This document shows positions 57,701 through 64,000 of a stretch of DNA of 64,000 nt, piece after piece. A program made the translations under genes and the position numbers. The DNA comes from an uncultured Saprospiraceae bacterium (lineage in GTDB: Bacteria; Bacteroidota; Bacteroidia; Chitinophagales; Saprospiraceae), in contig CAYNMW010000001.1 of NCBI GenBank assembly GCA_964398295.1, positions 13,490-77,489 of the forward strand. Reading direction: 5' to 3'. A model generated the notes under the pieces. That model was given only the letters and a program-made list of their open reading frames with translations. It made no database searches and was not told the origin of the DNA. Position 1 is the stretch's first letter; every line of letters begins with the position of its first letter.

Positions 57701-57757
57701 TCTTTATTTGATGGAACCAAAATTACGAGAATTTCTGTACTGCAGTATAGCTAATCA

Positions 57758-57792
57758 AATCCCCTAAATCTCCTTTGAACACAAAGGGGACG
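57758..57792 (-). repeat. Family-2 hairpin repeat (inverted relative to the 13346 copy)
   Basis: AATCCCCTAAATCTCCTTTGAACACAAAGGGGACG is the reverse complement of the 13346-13380 element with 3 differences. Confidence 0.75.
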
Positions 57793-57886
57793 GGTAATAG
57801 TCAATCCAACTTTGTTTTGCGAATTCATTGCAGGTCAAGAAGAACATTTGCAGAGACACTTAAGCGTCAAGTTATTGACTATTACC
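57793..57886. repeat. 13-bp perfect inverted repeat pair flanking 68 nt
   Basis: GGTAATAGTCAAT (57793-57805) and ATTGACTATTACC (57874-57886), in the 3' region of the purine nucleoside phosphorylase gene. Confidence 0.7.
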
Positions 57887-57982
57887 AATCAAATTTACAT
57901 ACCACTAATTCATTTCATTGGTTACGGAAATAGCCAAATTTAATGAAGGGGTATAAACCAACGGGACCTTTGTCATTAACCC

Positions 57983-58816
57983 TTACATTTCGCTAATCAA
58001 TTCTTTCAACAAAACTGTCAGTTTTTCACCACCCCGTCTAGCAACTTCTAATAGAGTGTCCAAATCTTCATGTTCTATATTCTCAGGATCAGAAGCAAGA
58101 TTGGACACACAAGAAATAACGCAAATATCAAGTCCAATTTGTGCCGCAACGATAACTTCGGGAACTGTTGACATGCCTACCAGATCACCGCCAATCATTT
58201 TCATAAAGGCATATTCAGCTCTTGTTTCGAGACTAGGTCCTTGTAAACTTACATATACGCCTTCATGTAAAGTGATGGTATTTTTATTGGCAAGTTCTAT
58301 GACTTGATGTCTTAGCTTTTTGTTGTACACATCAAGTAATACAGGGAATCTAGGTCCATATGTATCATCATTGAGCCCTCTAAGTGGGTTGTCTGGCATT
58401 AGATTGATATGATCTTTGATAACCACCAGATCGGCAAGTTTGTAAGCTGGATTCAAACCACCAGAAATATTCGTTAAGAGCAAAGTGTGGATTCCTAGTG
58501 CTGCTAATACACGAATTGGTAGTGTCAATTCCTGCATGCTATAGCCTTCATAATAATGAAATCTGCCTTTCAAAATCACCAATTCTTTCCCTCCATATTC
58601 GGCAAAAACAAGTTCTCCAGCATGACTTTTTACTGTACTTATAGGGAAGTGTGGAATGCTTTCGTAGGGTATGCTTTGCTTTACGCGAAGATGATCTACG
58701 AAATCAGATAAACCAGTACCAGTGACTAAGCCAAGCTCTGGTTTCTCTTGTATTTGTTGGAAAATAAAATCAACTGCTACTTTTACGCGTTCAAATAAGT
58801 CCAATTTATCATTCAT
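57983..58816 (-). CDS. Purine nucleoside phosphorylase (trimeric PunA/PNP type)
   Basis: 277 aa with GRFHYYEGYSMQELTLPIRV, GPRFP and GPSLETRAEYAFMKMIGGDLVGMSTVPEVIVA. Confidence 0.92.
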   Translation of the reverse strand: MNDKLDLFERVKVAVDFIFQQIQEKPELGLVTGTGLSDFVDHLRVKQSIPYESIPHFPISTVKSHAGELVFAEYGGKELVILKGRFHYYEGYSMQELTLPIRVLAALGIHTLLLTNISGGLNPAYKLADLVVIKDHINLMPDNPLRGLNDDTYGPRFPVLLDVYNKKLRHQVIELANKNTITLHEGVYVSLQGPSLETRAEYAFMKMIGGDLVGMSTVPEVIVAAQIGLDICVISCVSNLASDPENIEHEDLDTLLEVARRGGEKLTVLLKELISEM

Positions 58817-58926
58817 AATTACCTCATTATTAGCGCCTTAAAAAAATATTAATCATTTATCAACATCTAAGCTTTACTTGAAGATAAGTTCATTTACTGA
58901 ATGAACCATTATTATTTGTTTATGCG

Positions 58927-58934
58927 TATATTTG
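58927..58934 (+). promoter_or_regulatory. Candidate Bacteroidota -7 promoter box (TATATTTG) for rimP-nusA-infB
   Basis: Exact TAnnTTTG match 60 nt upstream of the rimP ATG. I see no well-spaced -33 TTTG. Confidence 0.4.
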
Positions 58935-58950
58935 CACAGATTTTGTGTGA

Positions 58951-58976
58951 AAGGAACCCGTAGGTTCCTTTTTTTA
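58951..58976 (+). terminator. Leader terminator / attenuator candidate upstream of rimP
   Basis: AAGGAACC-CGTA-GGTTCCTT is a perfect 8-bp stem, followed by a T-run through 58976. It lies between the putative promoter and the rimP start (58994). Confidence 0.6.
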
Positions 58977-58993
58977 TTACGCTAAACTATACA

Positions 58994-59464
58994 ATGATCG
59001 AGCATAAAATAGCAGAGTCGTTGAAAGAGCGATTCACACAAGAAGACCTGAATGATTGCTTTTTGGTAGAGATTAAAGAATCTCCAACAAATTCCAAAAT
59101 TGAAGTATTTGTCGATTCGGATTCAACATTGACCCTTAAAAAGTGCCAGACAATTTCCAGGTTTCTGGAAAAACAAATTGAGGAAAACGGTTGGATGCCC
59201 GAAAAATACTTGATAGAGGTATCTTCTCCAGGTGTGGGAAATCCGCTTGTACTTAGACGCCAATACGTCAAAAATATTGGACGTAAAGTTGAAGTAAAAA
59301 CACTTGATGGAGATACAATCAAAGGAACATTAACGGAAGTTGAGAATGATACGTTAACTGTAGTAAAAGCAGCTTCCGGAAAAGGAAAGAAAAAAGTTGA
59401 AGAGAAAATATTTTCTATCGCATTTGATCAAATAAAAACAGCAAAAATTAAAGTAAGCTTTTAA
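58994..59464 (+). CDS. rimP: Ribosome maturation factor RimP
   Basis: 156 aa with LEVSSPG-type motif (IEVSSPGVGNPL). It sits directly upstream of nusA. Confidence 0.9.
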   Translation: MIEHKIAESLKERFTQEDLNDCFLVEIKESPTNSKIEVFVDSDSTLTLKKCQTISRFLEKQIEENGWMPEKYLIEVSSPGVGNPLVLRRQYVKNIGRKVEVKTLDGDTIKGTLTEVENDTLTVVKAASGKGKKKVEEKIFSIAFDQIKTAKIKVSF

Positions 59465-59474
59465 TTAATCAGAA

Positions 59475-60707
59475 ATGAATTTAGTCGAAACGTTTGCGGA
59501 ATTTAACCAAGGTAAAAACATAGACAGACCTACAATGGTCCGTGTCTTGGAAGATGTGTTTCGTACACTCATCCGGAAAAAATATGGTACCGATGATAAT
59601 TTTGATGTCATTGTCAATGCTGCGAATGGTGACCTTGAAATTTGGAGAGTGAGAGAAATAGTGCCTGATGGTGAGGTAACTGATGATAGAAGTCAGGTAT
59701 CAGTCTCAGAAGCATTGTCAATAGATGAAGATTATGAAGTAGGGGAGGAGTGTTATGAAGAATTAGAATTAGCAGAATTTGGTAGACGGGCTGTTATGGC
59801 TGCAAGACAAACATTGATCTCAAGAATTAGTGAATTAGAAAAAGATGAGATTTATAAGAATTATACCACTAGAATCGGTGATATAGTTCTCGGAGAAGTC
59901 CACCAAATCCTTAAAAGAGAGATACTTATTATTGACGATATATCAGGGAATGAACTTGTATTGCCACGTAATGAAATGATCAAAGGTGATTTTTTCAAAA
60001 AAGGCGATATGGTTAGGGGTGTCATTCGAAAAGTAGAACTCAAAAACAATAACCCAGTAGTAATCGTCTCACGTACAGATCCACAGTTCCTGGAGAAATT
60101 GATGGAACAAGAAGTACCTGAAATAGAAGATGGTTTAATTACGGTTAAAAAGATTGTTCGTATACCTGGTGAGAGAGCTAAAGTAGCTGTAGAATCCTAT
60201 GATGATCGGATTGATCCTGTAGGTGCATGTGTTGGAATGAAAGGATCCAGAATTCATGGAATTGTCCGTGAATTGAAAAATGAAAATATAGATATCGTCA
60301 ATTACACAAATAACAATATTCTATTCATACAGAGATCTTTGACTCCAGCTAAGGTGACAAGCATAAAATTAGATGATGAATCAATGACAGCATCTGTATT
60401 TTTAAAGCCTGATCAAGTATCTTTAGCTATTGGAAAGGGAGGATCAAATATTAAACTAGCTAGTAAATTGACTGGCTATGAAATCGACGTGTACAGGGAT
60501 ACGGATGAAGAAATTGATGATGTCGATCTTGATGAATTCTCAGATGAAATAGAAGATTGGATTATTGATTCATTGAAAAATATAGGTTGTGATACAGCTA
60601 GAAGTGTGTTAGAGTTGAGCAAAGAGGAATTAATCAGACGAACAGATCTTGAAGATGAGACGATCGATGATGTGCTGAAGATTTTGAAGGCAGAGTTTGA
60701 GGAGTAA
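59475..60707 (+). CDS. nusA: Transcription termination/antitermination factor NusA
   Basis: 410 aa with an S1 domain (GDIVLGEVHQI...) and KH domains (DPVGACVGMKGSRIHGIVRELKNENIDIV; LAIGKGGSNIKLASKLTGYEIDV). Confidence 0.96.
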   Translation: MNLVETFAEFNQGKNIDRPTMVRVLEDVFRTLIRKKYGTDDNFDVIVNAANGDLEIWRVREIVPDGEVTDDRSQVSVSEALSIDEDYEVGEECYEELELAEFGRRAVMAARQTLISRISELEKDEIYKNYTTRIGDIVLGEVHQILKREILIIDDISGNELVLPRNEMIKGDFFKKGDMVRGVIRKVELKNNNPVVIVSRTDPQFLEKLMEQEVPEIEDGLITVKKIVRIPGERAKVAVESYDDRIDPVGACVGMKGSRIHGIVRELKNENIDIVNYTNNNILFIQRSLTPAKVTSIKLDDESMTASVFLKPDQVSLAIGKGGSNIKLASKLTGYEIDVYRDTDEEIDDVDLDEFSDEIEDWIIDSLKNIGCDTARSVLELSKEELIRRTDLEDETIDDVLKILKAEFEE

Positions 60708-60736
60708 ACTATTAGAAAGATATTTGTCATTCATAT

Positions 60737-63505
60737 ATGTCGAAAAGACTAGTAAAAATTGCTAAAGAATTAAATGTTGCGACATCAACGATCGTCGAAC
60801 ATCTCGCCGAAAAAGGCTTTGAGGTAGAAAACAAACCTACTGCAAAGCTTAATGACGAGATGTACAACGAATTGCTGAGAGAGTTTAGCGACTTTATTGA
60901 AGAAAAGGAAAAGGCTGATGCTGTCGTAATTGGTACGTCTAGAGGTATTGTGGATGAAAACGCAAATGCCAAAAAACTAGCAGATCTGAAACCTGTCGAA
61001 GAGGTGACTGCTCCAAAAGAGGAAGTACCTACTCCAGAGCCAGAAACAGTACCCGAACCAGATCCTGAACCAGCTGCAGAAGATAAAACTCCAGAACCAG
61101 CAACCGAATCTGTCGTTGAAGAACCAGCAGAAGAAGTTGTTCGTGCTGAAACTCCAAAAGCTGGAGTGAAGGTCGTCGGTAAGATTGAGTTAGAAGAAAA
61201 AAAGCCAGCACCAAAAGCTAAGAAGGAGAAGCCAAAACCAGAAAAAGCAACTCCAAAACCAAATGAAGAAAAACCAAAAGAAGCAACGCAGAAAGTTGAA
61301 GCAGAAAAAGTAACAGATAAGGAAAAAGCACAGCCTCCAAAAGAAGAAATGATTAGGGCTAAAACACCTACACTGCAAGGACTGACGATAAAAGGAAAGA
61401 TTGATGCTTCCAAACTTGTAGAAAAGAAAAAGCCTAAAAAGACAGACCCTAAAGGCAAACCTTTAAACGCCCAGCCTAAGCGTAAACGTAAGAGGAAAAA
61501 GATAACGGCTGAGACGTATATGCGTGGCGAACGAAATCGTCAAGGAGGTCAAGATAAACGTAAGAAGCCTGGAGATGAGGTAAAAGAGGTCTCCCAAAAA
61601 GAGATTGAAGAAAAGATCAAGGCTACAATGGCCAGAATTACTGGTGGTAACAAAAACAAGCGCCAGAAAGTAAGAAGAGGTAGTCGTGAAGTAAAAAGAG
61701 AAAAGCAAGCTGCTAGAGAGACAGTTACTGAACCAGGTAAGTTACAACTGACAGAATTTATTTCTGTTTCAGAATTTGCCTCATTGATGAACGTGTCCCC
61801 AACTCAGGTAATTACGACCTGTATGAATTTGGGTGTCATCGTGTCTATCAATCAACGCTTGGATGCAGAAATTATAGAACTTGTTGCCAGTGAATTTGAT
61901 TTTGAAACGGAGTTCATTAGCGCAGAAGACCAAGAAGAAGAAGAAGAAATCATCGAAGATGATCCTAAAGACTTGGAACCTCGTGCTCCAATTATTACCG
62001 TAATGGGACACGTCGATCATGGTAAAACAAGTTTGTTGGATTATATCAGAAGCGCTAACGTAGTGAGTGGTGAAGCAGGTGGAATTACCCAGCATATCGG
62101 TGCTTACGAAGTTAGTGTCGGAGATAAGAAATTAACTTTCCTTGATACACCTGGTCACGAAGCGTTTACTGCTATGCGGGCAAGAGGTGCCAAAGTAACA
62201 GATGTTGTGGTTATTATAGTTGCAGCAGATGATGACATTATGCCTCAGACAAAAGAAGCGATCAGCCACGCAACTGCTGCTGGTGTGCCGATTGTTTTCG
62301 CAATAAATAAGATAGATAAACCAGGCGCAAATCCAGATAAAATTAAAGAAGCACTTTCAGCTATGAACTTTCTAGTTGAAGAGTGGGGTGGTAAGTACCA
62401 GTCTCAGGATATATCAGCAAAACAAGGTACAAACATTGACCAATTGCTTGAAAAAATTATTCTCGAAGCTGAACTGCTTGAACTCAAAGCCAATCCTAAT
62501 AGAGAAGCCTCAGGTACAGTAGTCGAGGCATCACTAGATAAAGGTCGTGGATATGTTACCAAATTACTGGTTCAAACAGGTTCCCTTAAGATTGGGGATG
62601 TTGTTGTAACTGGTAATAATTATGGTAAGGTAAAAGCAATGTTCAATGATCTTGGAAAGAAAATAAAAGTTGCTGGACCTTCATCGCCAGTACTGATGCT
62701 CGGTTTAAATGGTGCTCCCCAAGCAGGTGAAAAGTTTAAAGTTGTTGAAACGGAACAAGAAGCAAAAGCAATCGCTGGAAAACGACATCAAATTTCCAGA
62801 GAACAATCCAATAGAGCAAGCAAACGTATCAGTCTTGATGAAATCGGAAGACGGTTAGCGTTAGGTACATTTAAAGAACTTAACCTGATTGTCAAAGGTG
62901 ATGTTGATGGATCTGTAGAAGCACTTTCTGATTCGCTCATTAAGTTGTCTGTTGAAACCATTCAGGTAAATGTCATCCATAAAGCGGTAGGACAAATTGC
63001 AGAATCAGATGTATTACTTGCCTCTGCTTCAGATGCCATTATTATCGGATTCCAGGTGAGACCATCAGGAGGCGCGCGTCTTCTTGCTGAAAAAGAAGGA
63101 GTACAAATCAAATCTTATTCCATCATCTATCAAGCAATTGAAGAAATCAAGCTTGCAATGGAAGGGATGCTCGAACCTACAAAAGAAGAAAAAATCACAG
63201 CTCAAGTTGAAATTCGAGAGGTATATAAGATTAGTAAGGTGGGCACAATTGCAGGATGTTACGTACAAGAAGGCTTGATCTCAAGGAACAGTTTCATCAG
63301 AGTAATACGAGATGGGATCGTCGTGTATCCTTATAAAGAAGGAGCAAAAGGTGAGTTAGCCTCACTCAAACGATTCAAAGACGACGCTAAAGAAGTTAAG
63401 TCCGGATTGGAATGTGGTCTGAACATTAAAGGCTATAACGACATTAAAGTAGGTGACATCATCGAAGGATACGAAATCGTAGAAGTAGCCCAAACCCTTG
63501 GCTAA
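60737..63505 (+). CDS. infB: Translation initiation factor IF-2
   Basis: 922 aa with a K/E/P-rich low-complexity N-terminal region. The GTPase motifs are [17 protein letters not shown] and NKID. Confidence 0.97.
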   Translation: MSKRLVKIAKELNVATSTIVEHLAEKGFEVENKPTAKLNDEMYNELLREFSDFIEEKEKADAVVIGTSRGIVDENANAKKLADLKPVEEVTAPKEEVPTPEPETVPEPDPEPAAEDKTPEPATESVVEEPAEEVVRAETPKAGVKVVGKIELEEKKPAPKAKKEKPKPEKATPKPNEEKPKEATQKVEAEKVTDKEKAQPPKEEMIRAKTPTLQGLTIKGKIDASKLVEKKKPKKTDPKGKPLNAQPKRKRKRKKITAETYMRGERNRQGGQDKRKKPGDEVKEVSQKEIEEKIKATMARITGGNKNKRQKVRRGSREVKREKQAARETVTEPGKLQLTEFISVSEFASLMNVSPTQVITTCMNLGVIVSINQRLDAEIIELVASEFDFETEFISAEDQEEEEEIIEDDPKDLEPRAPIITVMGHVDHGKTSLLDYIRSANVVSGEAGGITQHIGAYEVSVGDKKLTFLDTPGHEAFTAMRARGAKVTDVVVIIVAADDDIMPQTKEAISHATAAGVPIVFAINKIDKPGANPDKIKEALSAMNFLVEEWGGKYQSQDISAKQGTNIDQLLEKIILEAELLELKANPNREASGTVVEASLDKGRGYVTKLLVQTGSLKIGDVVVTGNNYGKVKAMFNDLGKKIKVAGPSSPVLMLGLNGAPQAGEKFKVVETEQEAKAIAGKRHQISREQSNRASKRISLDEIGRRLALGTFKELNLIVKGDVDGSVEALSDSLIKLSVETIQVNVIHKAVGQIAESDVLLASASDAIIIGFQVRPSGGARLLAEKEGVQIKSYSIIYQAIEEIKLAMEGMLEPTKEEKITAQVEIREVYKISKVGTIAGCYVQEGLISRNSFIRVIRDGIVVYPYKEGAKGELASLKRFKDDAKEVKSGLECGLNIKGYNDIKVGDIIEGYEIVEVAQTLG

Positions 63506-64000
63506 ACAACAGCCTTTAACTGGTGAACGTCTAAAGTCTTTTTTGGACGAAAGAGTTGATAAATACAATTCTATATCCTTTATAGAAAATGACCCTATTT
63601 CCATACCACACCGTTTCACTAAAAAACAAGACATAGAAATCTCCGGTTTTTGGATTGCAATGCTATCCTGGGGATTGCGTAAAACAATTATCAATAAGGG
63701 CTCGCAATTGATGGAATTGATGGATCACGCGCCATATGATTTTATCGTGAACCATAAAGAGAAAGATAGGAAAGCATTCCTGGCGTTCAAACATCGTACA
63801 TTCAATGACATAGACACCTTATATTTTTTAGAATTTCTACAACATCACTATACACAACACAAAAGCTTAGAATATGCGTTTCTACTTAAAAACAAGCATT
63901 TTGAAGCTAAAGAATCAATAACAGCTTTTCATCATTACTTTTTCTCCTTGGAATCTGCTCCATCTCGTACTAGAAAACATGTTGCGAGTCCTGCAAAAAA
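63498..64000 (+). CDS. TIGR02757/DUF2400-like protein, N-terminal part (runs off the right edge)
   Basis: It is not in the track because it has no stop in the window. The frame is open from the stop at 63486-63488 to nt 64000. The only plausible start is TTG at 63498, overlapping the infB stop. The translation [38 protein letters not shown] matches my memory of the DUF2400 N-terminus. Confidence 0.6.
   Translation, partial: MAKQQPLTGERLKSFLDERVDKYNSISFIENDPISIPHRFTKKQDIEISGFWIAMLSWGLRKTIINKGSQLMELMDHAPYDFIVNHKEKDRKAFLAFKHRTFNDIDTLYFLEFLQHHYTQHKSLEYAFLLKNKHFEAKESITAFHHYFFSLESAPSRTRKHVASPAK

Noticed and set aside
60727-61458. 243-aa minus-strand ORF antisense to the 5' part of infB
   Set aside because: It is the mirror image of the K/E/P-rich low-complexity N-terminal region of IF-2. 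Its S/G/F-rich sequence has no domain features, and infB on the plus strand is unambiguous.
60990-61700. Low-complexity, repeat-like DNA (CCAGAACCAG / AAACCAAAA motifs)
   Set aside because: It encodes the usual K/E/P-rich linker of bacterial IF-2 N-terminal regions and is not an independent element.
1-64000. tRNA, rRNA, transposase, integrase, prophage or known defence-system genes
   Set aside because: I scanned intergenic regions for tRNA-like T-arm sequences (GGTTCGAATCC-type) and ORFs for DDE/tyrosine-recombinase or phage hallmarks and found none. This is an eye-scan only. tRNAscan-SE, Infernal and DefenseFinder should confirm it.

Overview
This is a 64-kb chromosomal window, apparently from a Bacteroidota-type genome. 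That origin is inferred from several T9SS C-terminal sorting domains, TAnnTTTG-type -7 promoter boxes and gene content, and the sequence is moderately AT-rich. I call about 44 protein-coding genes, two of them running off the window edges and therefore absent from the ORF track. I recognised no rRNA, tRNA, CRISPR array, transposase, integrase or phage gene. The housekeeping blocks are an Lhr-like helicase, uvrA, rsfS-ftsH-rsmG-mscS, birA, cinA, mutL, trxA, a purine nucleoside phosphorylase and rimP-nusA-infB. Between them lie accessory cell-surface genes. These include two tandem giant secreted paralogs, one an M43-like metalloprotease ending in an IPTL-CTERM-like tail. There is also a four-gene lipoprotein / ECF sigma / membrane protein / T9SS-cargo operon, a convergent T9SS type-B cargo gene preceded by a Cys-rich protein, and a 1.6-kaa CotH/lamin-tail/TSP3-repeat protein. 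The remaining accessory genes are a TolC-MacA pair without a pump, a small membrane protein overlapping a patatin gene, and a BNR/sortilin-like protein. Below gene level, at least three families of short hairpin-containing intergenic repeats sit at gene 3' ends in a constant orientation. I also see an 8-nt microsatellite, an intrinsic terminator inside the rimP-nusA-infB leader, and a terminator oriented for the minus strand with no annotated gene to terminate. I do not see a clear, self-contained novel multi-gene system. The best candidates are the IPTL-CTERM cargo pair in a T9SS background, the ECF-sigma surface-protein operon and the 3'-end repeat families. All functional calls rest on motif recognition by eye and need HMM or BLAST confirmation.
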